Positions 45,745-53,798 of a stretch of DNA of 64,000 bases are shown here, piece by piece; within the stretch, counting starts at the first letter, position 1, and each line of letters starts with the position of its first letter. Below the pieces are notes generated by a model. The model worked only from the letters and a program-made list of their open reading frames with translations, did not search any database and was not told the origin of the DNA. The translations under genes and the position numbers were made by a program. The DNA comes from a virus. The stretch is taken from positions 54,950 to 118,949 of IMG/VR virus record IMGVR_UViG_3300045988_123324; one strand, written 5' to 3'.

Positions 45745-46152
45745 TTACTTAATGCCGTAGTAGTTCATCTCACACTCGTTAATCCAGTTAATGAACGTGT
45801 CCTTGTCTAGGTTTTCCCTTCTCACAGTAACGCCGTTGCGTTCCATGTAATAGCTCCCCTGCTCTTTGTCTGCATCGTACACTGAACGGTATTCGCTTCC
45901 ATCCTTGCGAATCTTTACCTTCTCATAGTAGATGCTATTCCCTTCCTTGCGAACACTAATCTGTAATGACGCGGTGTCAATGACAATCCCGCTTGCAGCG
46001 TTCGCAAGTGCCGATACCTTCCAATAGGGAAAGCTCTGATCTCCCAGCATAAAATCATCCGCCGTGTCCTCCCTGTTAAACTTGATGCTAACGCGGTTGA
46101 TAACCACGCTAACACCATAGGCGCAACGGATTGCATCTTCAATCTTCTTCAT
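45745..46152 (-). CDS. hypothetical protein (135 aa)
   Basis: AAGGAGGA RBS. Confidence 0.5.
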   Translation of the reverse strand: MKKIEDAIRCAYGVSVVINRVSIKFNREDTADDFMLGDQSFPYWKVSALANAASGIVIDTASLQISVRKEGNSIYYEKVKIRKDGSEYRSVYDADKEQGSYYMERNGVTVRRENLDKDTFINWINECEMNYYGIK

Positions 46153-46198
46153 GGTAGTTCCTCCTTGACTCTAGGGCTTAATGTTTAACTCTATAAGT

Positions 46199-46227
46199 AT
46201 AATATCATAGTGAATTGGTTAAGTCAA
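46199..46227 (-). promoter_or_regulatory. early-type sigma-A promoter
   Basis: Minus strand TTGACT, 17-nt spacer, TATTAT. A TATTATACTTGTCGAA copy lies immediately upstream. Confidence 0.55.
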
Positions 46228-46251
46228 TTCGACAAGTATAATACATCCAAC

Positions 46252-46285
46252 AAAAAAAATAGAGAAGTTTTTTAGACTTCTCTAT
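46252..46285 (-). terminator. intrinsic terminator
   Basis: ATAGAGAAG...CTTCTCTAT hairpin followed by a U8 run. Confidence 0.65.
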
Positions 46286-46291
46286 TCTATC

Positions 46292-46837
46292 TTAAATCCT
46301 CCTTCCATCTTCCATATACATATCATCACAGTTTATCAGTATCTCTCTGATATACTCGTCGCTTTCCATCTCTTCTATATACTTATATCCCTCTTCTTCC
46401 AGCGTGTCCCTAACGCTCTTATACCATTCCTCGACGGCGTTCTGTAGCTTCTCCCACTCATCATCATAATATTCTTGACTGTCATAGCATGTATCTGCAT
46501 CAATGTCAATATCAACCGTGTATGATGTGTGCCATACGTATTTTGGGAAAATATTGATAATCGTGTTTTCTGTATCCTTGACAAGGTGCGCGAATGGCAT
46601 CTTGTCGATCTCATGTCCTTCAATCCGTCCCGTAAAGCGCAATCCGTCTCCTTGCCTGTAACAAAGAGAATATTCAAGGTCAAAAGACATCCCCGCAAGT
46701 TCCTTGAGTCTTTCTCTTAGATAATCTTCAAGATCACTGCTATAGTCATTGTATTGCCTATATTCGTCAATAAGACGTTCCTGCACGTCCTCAGACAGTT
46801 CCTCAAACGTATATGCCTTAATTGTGATCTCTTTCAT
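46292..46837 (-). CDS. acidic protein (181 aa), of the kind seen in plasmid leading-region or anti-restriction loci (weak call)
   Basis: MKEITIKAYTFEELSEDVQERL... It is very D/E/Y-rich and ends YMEDGRRI. Confidence 0.45.
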   Translation of the reverse strand: MKEITIKAYTFEELSEDVQERLIDEYRQYNDYSSDLEDYLRERLKELAGMSFDLEYSLCYRQGDGLRFTGRIEGHEIDKMPFAHLVKDTENTIINIFPKYVWHTSYTVDIDIDADTCYDSQEYYDDEWEKLQNAVEEWYKSVRDTLEEEGYKYIEEMESDEYIREILINCDDMYMEDGRRI

Positions 46838-46839
46838 GG

Positions 46840-47088
46840 TTACATCTCCTTCATAAGCATATCCAGCGCATCTGCATGGACATAGTGAATTACTGCATCG
46901 GGATACTCTTCCAAGAATCTGTTTGTGTATTTGCTTGTCGTTCGCGAAAACTTCTCCTCTCTCACAAACATATCTCCCGACTCTCTCACATACACCGCAA
47001 TAGGCGTTTCATAACTCTGAAATACTATCGCTTTCTTTGTATGAATAACGAACTGATTCTTGACACCGCAAAAGTTTTCTGCTTTCAT
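46840..47088 (-). CDS. hypothetical protein (82 aa)
   Basis: GGAAGGGAG RBS before MKAENFCGV. Contains SYETPIAVY...FSRTTSKYTN. Confidence 0.45.
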   Translation of the reverse strand: MKAENFCGVKNQFVIHTKKAIVFQSYETPIAVYVRESGDMFVREEKFSRTTSKYTNRFLEEYPDAVIHYVHADALDMLMKEM

Positions 47089-47090
47089 TT

Positions 47091-47390
47091 TTAGCTCTCC
47101 CTTCCTGTCAATGCACATAGCATCTCATACAATACATTATCAATATACTCTTTATTCCTTGCTTGTACCTCCTTATTGAGATAGAATGCTACAAGCGCAT
47201 CCAGCCCCCTGATAAACGGTGCGCCGTCAAGCCCTCCTACATAAAGAGTTTTCCCGCTAAACCATGTGTCTGATTCAGTGCTAGGTGCGATCTCTATGAG
47301 TGTATCATAGACGTTATTCCCTAATGAGTGAGAAAACAAGTCAAGGTAAATATTCATTCCGTTGACTTTCGTTTCATAGTACCGATTCAT
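47091..47390 (-). CDS. hypothetical protein (99 aa)
   Basis: GGAGGAG RBS. Confidence 0.45.
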   Translation of the reverse strand: MNRYYETKVNGMNIYLDLFSHSLGNNVYDTLIEIAPSTESDTWFSGKTLYVGGLDGAPFIRGLDALVAFYLNKEVQARNKEYIDNVLYEMLCALTGRES

Positions 47391-47391
47391 T

Positions 47392-47769
47392 TCAGTTCTC
47401 CTCCATGTACTTTTTCAAACACTCAACGAAAAATTCAACATCTGCATCCGTCTGATAGTATTCGCCGCGAAAAGCCGCTGTACTCATCCGATCTACAATA
47501 TCAAAAGCTGTATTATAGATACACTCAACGATAAACAGTTCGGGGTTCTCTGCATAAGAAGTAGTGATATAATACTTCTTAACGGCTTTTTGCACGTCAT
47601 CAAAATAGGTGTTTATAAAATTTATGCAATTATCCCTTCCATACATATAAGCACCTGCTTCAAGGTCATTGCCAAAAATGCAATCTGCTTCTTCTCCATA
47701 CTCACAGCCGATCAATACGTCTGCTTGTGCAATCATCTCGTTTGCTACATACTTTTCGAAAGCATTCAT
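47392..47769 (-). CDS. hypothetical protein, paralog of 48540-48944
   Basis: AGGAGG RBS. MNAFEKYVANEMI... aligns with MNALEKWIVEDMI... Confidence 0.5.
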   Translation of the reverse strand: MNAFEKYVANEMIAQADVLIGCEYGEEADCIFGNDLEAGAYMYGRDNCINFINTYFDDVQKAVKKYYITTSYAENPELFIVECIYNTAFDIVDRMSTAAFRGEYYQTDADVEFFVECLKKYMEEN

Positions 47770-47815
47770 AGTTTTTACCTCCTGCCTTTCGGCTCTAGTT
47801 CCTTTCGACAAGTAT

Positions 47816-47844
47816 AATATAACATATCCTGCATATAATGTAAA
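47816..47844 (-). promoter_or_regulatory. early-type sigma-A promoter
   Basis: Minus strand TTTACA, 17-nt spacer, TATATT, followed by ATACTTGTCGAAAGGAAC. Confidence 0.55.
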
Positions 47845-47916
47845 GTTAGAAGTTTATTAAATCGCGCAAGGGATTTAATATGCAAAAAGGACTGTCTATA
47901 AAGACAGCCCTTCTTC

Positions 47917-48144
47917 TCATTCGTCATACAGATTCATAATGTCTTCAAGTTCAAACCAGATAAAGTCATTCACTTGCGTGTCTGTAGGGATTTCGTCTGA
48001 AAATGTTTCTTCAATGATCTGCATCGCCTCTTCTTCCCTTCCTTGTTTGATAATCTCGTCAAGTGTACCCATTGCACCGCTCCACGATTCGTCATAGAGT
48101 TCATAGAGACTGTCAAAATTCATTTCTTTTCGTACCGTTAGCAT
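47917..48144 (-). CDS. acidic small protein (75 aa)
   Basis: AGGAGG RBS. Confidence 0.45.
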   Translation of the reverse strand: MLTVRKEMNFDSLYELYDESWSGAMGTLDEIIKQGREEEAMQIIEETFSDEIPTDTQVNDFIWFELEDIMNLYDE

Positions 48145-48155
48145 TTTACATCCTC

Positions 48156-48341
48156 CTAATAGTAATGCCCTTCACACTCATAGACAAGCTTGTTTTCTTC
48201 AAGCAGCTTCATGATCTCATGATATACCATGCGATCAAATTCTTCAATCGTCCCTGCATAAAACATCGGGACTTTAATTTTCACCTGCATAAGGAATGGA
48301 TAACCGCAATTATCTTGATCTTCATTCCAATCCTCCCACAA
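48156..48341 (-). CDS. hypothetical protein (start codon uncertain, TTG)
   Basis: The frame lacks an ATG. A well-placed AGGAGG-N8-ATG at about 48371 is in a different frame. Confidence 0.35.
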   Translation of the reverse strand: MWEDWNEDQDNCGYPFLMQVKIKVPMFYAGTIEEFDRMVYHEIMKLLEENKLVYECEGHYY

Positions 48342-48386
48342 ATAAATTCCGCTCCCTGTCTCTTCTTCAACATTTTTATTTCCTCC

Positions 48387-48491
48387 TTATTTGATATAAG
48401 CCCTCGTATACTTCAAGAATGTGCCGTCTGCATCCTGCACCTCACACAGTACAGGTTTTCCGAACAGCTTGTGACGAATCCATTTAAACAT
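48387..48491 (-). CDS. small protein (34 aa, below the track cutoff)
   Basis: AAAGGAG RBS 7 nt before ATG. MFKWIRHKLFGKPVLCEVQDADGTFLKYTRAYIK. Confidence 0.3.
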   Translation of the reverse strand: MFKWIRHKLFGKPVLCEVQDADGTFLKYTRAYIK

Positions 48492-48539
48492 TTCATATCT
48501 CCTTTACAGGAAGGGCTTTCGCCCTTCCCCTGCACGTCC

Positions 48540-48944
48540 TTAATCTGCAATGGCTTCTTTCAGTTCTGCCTTGATCTGCTTTATGACCTCCTCAGTATAT
48601 TCCACCTCCTCATTCCAGTTTTCCCGAACCCATTCAGATTCACTAATCAACCTGCTTGCAGCGTTGAGAACGATCTTCACCATGAAAGCACATTCATTTT
48701 CAAAGGGATTTGGATATTCACCGAAATTGAACTCATAGTCCTCCATCTCGTCTTTCAGTTCGTTCCAGTAGGTGTTAATCCACTCCCTAGCATCGCTGTA
48801 ATAGGCGTAACAAGTGATAACGCCGTTATAGTTATCCTCCTCATAGAGAAGATAGGCAAGGTCACAAGGATAACCGCCTAAGTCCTCCACGCCGTCAAGA
48901 CGTTCAATCATATCTTCTACAATCCACTTTTCCAATGCGTTCAT
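48540..48944 (-). CDS. hypothetical protein, paralog of 47392-47769
   Basis: AAAGGAG RBS. It has its own promoter. Confidence 0.5.
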   Translation of the reverse strand: MNALEKWIVEDMIERLDGVEDLGGYPCDLAYLLYEEDNYNGVITCYAYYSDAREWINTYWNELKDEMEDYEFNFGEYPNPFENECAFMVKIVLNAASRLISESEWVRENWNEEVEYTEEVIKQIKAELKEAIAD

Positions 48945-48988
48945 TTTTGATCTCCTTTTCTGATAGGTGATTAACTTCTATGTGTATA

Positions 48989-49017
48989 ATGTAACACATA
49001 ATAGGTAGGTAGTCAAA
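48989..49017 (-). promoter_or_regulatory. early-type sigma-A promoter
   Basis: Minus strand TTGACT, 17-nt spacer, TACATT. Confidence 0.5.
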
Positions 49018-49028
49018 TTAGAGTTTCA

Positions 49029-49214
49029 TTAACGCATAACAATCTTTACGCCGTGAGAAGTAAATCGTTCATGAAACTTCATTCTCTCCACAATGTCAAC
49101 AATCACACATTCTGCATCCATCCACTCACCAAAACTTGATCTCTTGTATGTGTGAGTGACAGTTCCTTTTGGACTGTAAACCTTAATGGTTTTTGCCTTG
49201 TCAATGGTTTTCAT
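49029..49214 (-). CDS. hypothetical protein (61 aa)
   Basis: AAGGAG RBS before MKTIDKAKT. Confidence 0.45.
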   Translation of the reverse strand: MKTIDKAKTIKVYSPKGTVTHTYKRSSFGEWMDAECVIVDIVERMKFHERFTSHGVKIVMR

Positions 49215-49265
49215 GGCTTCTCCTTTTCCTAGGGACTGCCTTGTTAGACAGTCCCTAACTACCAA

Positions 49266-49517
49266 TTAGATAACTACAGTGCGGTACTCATTCGGCTTCT
49301 GCTGAATGAGTGCAAGACGCTTTCCGTCCTCATTGTAAAACGTGATCTCTCCATCAAACGAATCCACAAAATCCTGCCATTTCTTGTAGGAAATGACTTT
49401 GCCGTTGCACTCATAACCAGTGCTTGCACTCGTATATGTTTTTTCTCCTTCCTTGTTGGAGAATACCGCCGAATAAATGTTAGAAATGAGAGAATCAAAC
49501 TTGATAATGTTTTTCAT
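49266..49517 (-). CDS. hypothetical protein (83 aa)
   Basis: AAGGAGG RBS before MKNIIKFDS. Confidence 0.45.
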   Translation of the reverse strand: MKNIIKFDSLISNIYSAVFSNKEGEKTYTSASTGYECNGKVISYKKWQDFVDSFDGEITFYNEDGKRLALIQQKPNEYRTVVI

Positions 49518-49565
49518 GGTAGTACCTCCTTGCGCTTTCGCGCTGTCAATGTTTATCATGGTTAT

Positions 49566-49594
49566 AATATAACATAGTAAAAGTTAGCTGTCAA
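49566..49594 (-). promoter_or_regulatory. early-type sigma-A promoter
   Basis: Minus strand TTGACA, 17-nt spacer, TATATT. Confidence 0.6.
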
Positions 49595-49602
49595 TACTTT
49601 TG

Positions 49603-49637
49603 AAAAAAAAATAGAGAAAAGCATAAAAACTTTTCTC
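49603..49637 (-). terminator. intrinsic terminator
   Basis: GAGAAAAG...CTTTTCTC hairpin followed by a U9 run. Confidence 0.65.
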
Positions 49638-49646
49638 CATCCTTTA

Positions 49647-49904
49647 TTACTTGCACTTCTCCACGATCTCATGAATGATATCGCATATCATGACTTTCTT
49701 TTCTTTTGCTCGTGACTTTACCCATTCAAGGTCATATGCATATACGGCTGTATGCTTCACGCCTAGACGCTTATTCCGCGCCTTTACATATTCTCGTAGA
49801 TAATCCCTCTTTTCCTGCTTCTTTGCTTCCTTGCAGGCGGGACAAACATAGGAACGTGACGCGCCGTCGAACTCTTTTCCACACTTAGAGCAATGTTTAA
49901 TCAT
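49647..49904 (-). CDS. zinc-ribbon protein (85 aa)
   Basis: CSKCGKEF...YVCPACKEAKK. Confidence 0.5.
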   Translation of the reverse strand: MIKHCSKCGKEFDGASRSYVCPACKEAKKQEKRDYLREYVKARNKRLGVKHTAVYAYDLEWVKSRAKEKKVMICDIIHEIVEKCK

Positions 49905-50236
49905 GCCGCCGCCTCCTTCTTCTTATCCTTCACGAAGCAGGGGATGCCGTTCTGCATCTCAAAGGCAGGCTTCCTATCCTTCATCTCCTTGTCACTCTTG
50001 AAAAGATAGTCCATATCCTTCCCAGCCGTCGCAGCCTTCCCCTTCTCTGCCTTTGCCGCCGCATCCAGACGCCTAAAATAGTCCTTCATACGGCTATAGG
50101 GCTTCCCCTCCTTCTGCTCCTGCACCTTGCCATGACGGATAGAGAGCGTAATGCTCCCGTCCTTGCTCGTGCGCTTAACAATCGTAACGCCCTTTGCATT
50201 GATGATCTCGCCGATAGTAAAGTTCTTGTTCTGCAT
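49901..50236 (-). CDS. basic protein (111 aa)
   Basis: AAAGGAG RBS. The C-terminal half is K-rich. Confidence 0.45.
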   Translation of the reverse strand: MQNKNFTIGEIINAKGVTIVKRTSKDGSITLSIRHGKVQEQKEGKPYSRMKDYFRRLDAAAKAEKGKAATAGKDMDYLFKSDKEMKDRKPAFEMQNGIPCFVKDKKKEAAA

Positions 50237-50271
50237 GATGATTTCTCCTTTTCTTTTATAAACCTAGTGGA

Positions 50272-50655
50272 TTATTCCACTTCTAAACCAAGCTTTTCCT
50301 GATAACCATTGTCATAAACCCATGCCGTAAAGTCGGCAATGTCATAGGCAATAACATGATTATAATATGTCTCAATATTGCCCGAATGAATCTTCCCATT
50401 CTGAATCCAGAACCCATCCGAATCGAATGAGAAGTCAAACACAATTTTAGGATATAGTTCCTTGAAAGAATCTCCACACACTTTTTTGAAATTCTGCATT
50501 GGATAAAACTTATCCTCATACTGATTATCTTCAAGGTATTCATTCCATACTCTGACAACATCTTTATAATAGCACTCGTTTTCGATCTGCTCCTGCAAGT
50601 CAAGGAGAGCGTTCTCCCTGACTGCATCCGCTTTCGGCGTTGTTAGTGTATTCAT
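50272..50655 (-). CDS. hypothetical protein (127 aa)
   Basis: AGGAGG RBS 8 nt before ATG (MNTLTTPKADA). Confidence 0.45.
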   Translation of the reverse strand: MNTLTTPKADAVRENALLDLQEQIENECYYKDVVRVWNEYLEDNQYEDKFYPMQNFKKVCGDSFKELYPKIVFDFSFDSDGFWIQNGKIHSGNIETYYNHVIAYDIADFTAWVYDNGYQEKLGLEVE

Positions 50656-50669
50656 GTCTTTGCCCTCCT

Positions 50670-50792
50670 TCACGCCGCCTTATTCAGCTTTTTCAGACTG
50701 TCAAGCAGCAAGTGCTTGCTTTTTGTCTGAAAAACGATCTTGCGATCTTTTCTAATGATGTACCATCCCATGACATAGTTCCAGCTTAACAT
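50670..50792 (-). CDS. small protein (40 aa, below the track cutoff)
   Basis: MLSWNYVMGWYIIRKDRKIVFQTKSKHLLLDSLKKLNKAA. It is the first ORF after the promoter at 50836-50865. Confidence 0.3.
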   Translation of the reverse strand: MLSWNYVMGWYIIRKDRKIVFQTKSKHLLLDSLKKLNKAA

Positions 50793-50835
50793 TTTAATCT
50801 TCTCCTTTTATAGATGTTATCGCTTAACTGTATAT

Positions 50836-50865
50836 ACTATATCATATACAGTTATTGCTTGTCAA
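50836..50865 (-). promoter_or_regulatory. early-type sigma-A promoter
   Basis: Minus strand TTGACA, 18-nt spacer, TATAGT. Confidence 0.5.
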
Positions 50866-50880
50866 TACCTTTTTGAAAAA

Positions 50881-51129
50881 TTAATATGGAAAATGTACAT
50901 CATAATAATCATATATCTTTTCGGTAAACGCTTCATCTCCTAGCAGCTCTACATTTACAATAGCATCGACAACCAGACTTGCAAGAAGTCTGTTTGACAT
51001 TCTCTTTCCCTCGATTACTTCCCATCCAGCATGGGATATAGCTCTCACGCAAGCAGCATATAACTTCTCGTGCGCGTCTGCATCCATCTTGTTGATAATG
51101 CTTTCTGCTTCAATATACAGTTCATCCAT
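50881..51129 (-). CDS. hypothetical protein (82 aa)
   Basis: AAAGGAGGA RBS. Confidence 0.45.
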   Translation of the reverse strand: MDELYIEAESIINKMDADAHEKLYAACVRAISHAGWEVIEGKRMSNRLLASLVVDAIVNVELLGDEAFTEKIYDYYDVHFPY

Positions 51130-51144
51130 TTTCTGTTTCCTCCT

Positions 51145-51300
51145 TTAATTGACTCTTTTAAGATTCTCAATGATAAATTCCAGTTCATTCAGACAGCCCG
51201 CATAAAACGCTTTTTGCTTTTCCGTCTTTGCAGCTTCACTGTTACGTTCCGCATTTTTCATGCGGTGCTCGTAGTAGTTAATCAGTTCTTCAATCTTCAT
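51145..51300 (-). CDS. small protein (51 aa)
   Basis: AAGGAGGA RBS before MKIEELINYYEH. Confidence 0.4.
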   Translation of the reverse strand: MKIEELINYYEHRMKNAERNSEAAKTEKQKAFYAGCLNELEFIIENLKRVN

Positions 51301-51343
51301 TCTGTTCCTCCTTGTGCTCTGCACTGTTCCTTTCGACAAGTAT

Positions 51344-51372
51344 AATATAACATATCCTTGACTATGTGTCAA
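51344..51372 (-). promoter_or_regulatory. early-type sigma-A promoter
   Basis: Minus strand TTGACA, 17-nt spacer, TATATT, followed by ATACTTGTCGAAAGGAAC. Confidence 0.6.
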
Positions 51373-51381
51373 TACTTTTAC

Positions 51382-51413
51382 AAAAAAATAGACTAGCTTT
51401 TTCTGCTAGTCTA
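51382..51413 (-). terminator. intrinsic terminator
   Basis: TAGACTAGC...GCTAGTCTA hairpin followed by a U7 run. Confidence 0.65.
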
Positions 51414-51419
51414 ATTGCG

Positions 51420-51722
51420 TTATGCAAGGTCTGAGAATGCTTCTTCCAGCTTGCTTTTGTAGTCCTTGATGATCTCCACAATCATATTATGTACGTGTGC
51501 GTCAATCACCTGCACTTGCGTTAATGATGCGCTATCTTCATCTCCTGCAAGGGCATCGAACTGTACCGTGCTTGCCATACCTGCCTGTATAACAATAGGA
51601 CTGATTCGCGTGTAATCATCAACGCCGCTAGGGTCTGTTAGGTCTAATTGATCTAACAGCTTCTCAACATCGTGGAGACGGTTTTTAATTGCATTCCCTT
51701 GATTCAATAGTTCATCCGTCAA
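51420..51722 (-). CDS. hypothetical protein (100 aa)
   Basis: ORF overlapping the upstream gene by 11 nt. Confidence 0.45.
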   Translation of the reverse strand: MTDELLNQGNAIKNRLHDVEKLLDQLDLTDPSGVDDYTRISPIVIQAGMASTVQFDALAGDEDSASLTQVQVIDAHVHNMIVEIIKDYKSKLEEAFSDLA

Positions 51723-52071
51723 TATTCTTCACCTCTTCATAATCAAAAAACGCCTTAACTGATTCTACCTCAATATCAATCTTCCCATTGTTGTATGTTG
51801 GAACAATGGTATAATATGTGTCGTTGTTTTCCTTCCCTGCCACACGCACACGCATTTCTACTAATGCGCCGTTGATTGTACTGTATTCGTAGCACCTGCC
51901 ATACTTCATGATAACATTGATATCATGCTTTAATTCCGCGCCTGTGATCTCACCTGCATTGAATCGAATCAGACTTTTGATCTTCCTAATCGACTCAATA
52001 TCAAAGCGTGGATTCTCAATGTGATAATTCTTCTCTGTTCCTTCAACGTGCTTTTCAGTCTTAATATACAT
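51712..52071 (-). CDS. hypothetical protein (119 aa)
   Basis: AAGGAAGGA RBS. Confidence 0.45.
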   Translation of the reverse strand: MYIKTEKHVEGTEKNYHIENPRFDIESIRKIKSLIRFNAGEITGAELKHDINVIMKYGRCYEYSTINGALVEMRVRVAGKENNDTYYTIVPTYNNGKIDIEVESVKAFFDYEEVKNIDG

Positions 52072-52086
52072 AGTAATTTCCTTCCT

Positions 52087-52299
52087 TTAAAATGTTTCAC
52101 ATGAAACAATGTGCATAAAATCTTCAACAAGCGGTACGATATACTGTTTGTTATTCACAGTATAGAATCCCTTGTTTTCTTCATAAATCCATTCGGCGCG
52201 GCTGTTTTTGCCAATGAACTGAATCATGCACTCACCTGCATTGATCTTGACATTTTTAAGGGTTTTTGCGAACTCGTTGAGTTCCATTCTTGCGTTCAT
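52087..52299 (-). CDS. hypothetical protein (70 aa)
   Basis: GGAAGGAAG RBS. Confidence 0.45.
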   Translation of the reverse strand: MNARMELNEFAKTLKNVKINAGECMIQFIGKNSRAEWIYEENKGFYTVNNKQYIVPLVEDFMHIVSCETF

Positions 52300-52353
52300 G
52301 TTTAATCTTCCTTCCTGTCATGGAGAGTGGATTAAACCACTCTCCTATTTCCT

Positions 52354-52713
52354 TCACAGTGTGATATAAGGCACGCCTTCTTCTCTAAGTTTTTCCATAA
52401 ATGCCTCTTTACCGAGGCGTTCTTTCTTATCAACAATTTTCCCCTGTTCTGATATTTCAATGTTTCCAGCCCCGAACTCATAAAGGAATACTGCCATGAA
52501 TGAATTTCTATACTCACATCCCTTCATGATAGCGATACTTGCAATTTTATCATCCTGCATGATGAGAATTGCGTGATGCTTGTTGACGATCTGAATCTCT
52601 TTTGCCTTCTCCACGTCTCTAAGTCGCGGCTTTTCAAACGTGTCCTTCCCGTCAAGTTTTACGCTATCCGCGAAAAACAAAAGGTTTTGCATAATCACGC
52701 GGTCAATCTTCAT
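52354..52713 (-). CDS. hypothetical protein (119 aa)
   Basis: AAGGAGGA RBS. Confidence 0.45.
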   Translation of the reverse strand: MKIDRVIMQNLLFFADSVKLDGKDTFEKPRLRDVEKAKEIQIVNKHHAILIMQDDKIASIAIMKGCEYRNSFMAVFLYEFGAGNIEISEQGKIVDKKERLGKEAFMEKLREEGVPYITL

Positions 52714-52764
52714 GATGTTCCTCCTTGCCTTGTTAGGCTTTCAGTGTTTTAACTTGTGCCTATT

Positions 52765-53196
52765 CTAACATGGCAAAAAGGACTTGTCAAGCCTTTTGAG
52801 AAAATAAATTTTCGTCGCGTGATCTGCCTTTATCTTGCCTTGCAAGACTAGGTTTATCACCGCCCCTGCTATCATGTCACGCTTGCTATAATATAGTTTA
52901 TACATAACCGATAAGGTGTTATCACTAACTTTTTCTTCCTTATATATGGAAGGAAGATATTTTTTATAAAAGGCGTGGGACTTCTCTAAGCCCGTGGTTA
53001 TGCACATTACATCCCTTTTCTGTATCAGTTTATCGAATAGCTCTAATGCCGCCATATCCTTAAATATTTCCTTGTTATATATAAAATATAATGGTTTACA
53101 TTTAACTTCAAATAGTCCTTTTGGCTTCTGCAAGTCCTCTAAGATGTTGCGGCTGTAGGTGTAGCCGTCTTTTGGCTCGTCAAATTTTAGTCCCAT
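52765..53196 (-). CDS. hypothetical protein (143 aa)
   Basis: AAAGGTG RBS before MGLKFDEPK. It overlaps the upstream stop. Confidence 0.45.
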   Translation of the reverse strand: MGLKFDEPKDGYTYSRNILEDLQKPKGLFEVKCKPLYFIYNKEIFKDMAALELFDKLIQKRDVMCITTGLEKSHAFYKKYLPSIYKEEKVSDNTLSVMYKLYYSKRDMIAGAVINLVLQGKIKADHATKIYFLKRLDKSFLPC

Positions 53197-53798
53197 ATCC
53201 AGCACCTTTTTAGCCTGTCAAAGTGATATTTCCAAAAAATATTATGCGTGCAAAGGCTTATGTCTCTAAGGATTGCGCCGATCAATTCAAGATTTTTTAT
53301 ATTTTTTTCAAAAGAGGTATTGACATTATACCAATCATGGTTTATATTATACTCAACAAGCGGGATAAAGCCCGCAAGGTCAACATAGAAAGAGAGGTCA
53401 CAAGGTATGGTTTTCAAGGTTTTTGTCGCTAGGAACTCCCTAGCAAGTGGATTCACTTCACGGTCAAGATGCACGACGCGAAAGCGCGATAGTAGCGGAG
53501 GCGGTACGTCATCGGTGCTAGGCGCGACGGCGAACAGCCTGATCGGGCGCGTGCAGTCCTCCAGCGGTTTCAGTAGTGCCAGCGCGGTCGGGACGATGAT
53601 CTCGTGCAGGAAGATTGTTGCCGCGCTCTCCTCCTCGTATATGCGAGTAATTGTTATAATTGTTTCCCTGCTACAGGTGGGGAAGTCAAAGAAATTGTTA
53701 TTGTCTACTAGTGGGGTCAAGAATTGTTTCACCTTGTCTGGCGAGTTTGTCACGAACAGAACTGCGCGTGAATTGTTTATGTCAATCGGTGGGGTCAT
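53187..53798 (-). CDS. clamp-loader delta-prime-like subunit (AAA+ lacking Walker A)
   Basis: IFLHEI...ALALLKPLEDCTRPIRLFAVAPSTDDVPPPLLSRFRVVHL resembles the NALLKTLEEP...SRC region. The start is placed at MTPPIDINN. Confidence 0.5.
   Translation of the reverse strand: MTPPIDINNSRAVLFVTNSPDKVKQFLTPLVDNNNFFDFPTCSRETIITITRIYEEESAATIFLHEIIVPTALALLKPLEDCTRPIRLFAVAPSTDDVPPPLLSRFRVVHLDREVNPLAREFLATKTLKTIPCDLSFYVDLAGFIPLVEYNINHDWYNVNTSFEKNIKNLELIGAILRDISLCTHNIFWKYHFDRLKRCWIWD

Noticed and set aside
48342-48375. An AGGAGG-N8-ATG start upstream of 48156-48341 that opens a 28-aa frame different from the 61-aa ORF. It was considered as a programmed frameshift.
   Set aside because: No slippery sequence is evident. 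A TTG start with a GGGAG RBS, or a sequencing indel, are simpler explanations, so it is noted only as uncertainty in the feature.
48063-48881. The 272-aa plus-strand ORF.
   Set aside because: It runs antisense across four short minus-strand genes, each with its own RBS or promoter. The product is low-complexity and hydrophobic, and there are no expression signals.
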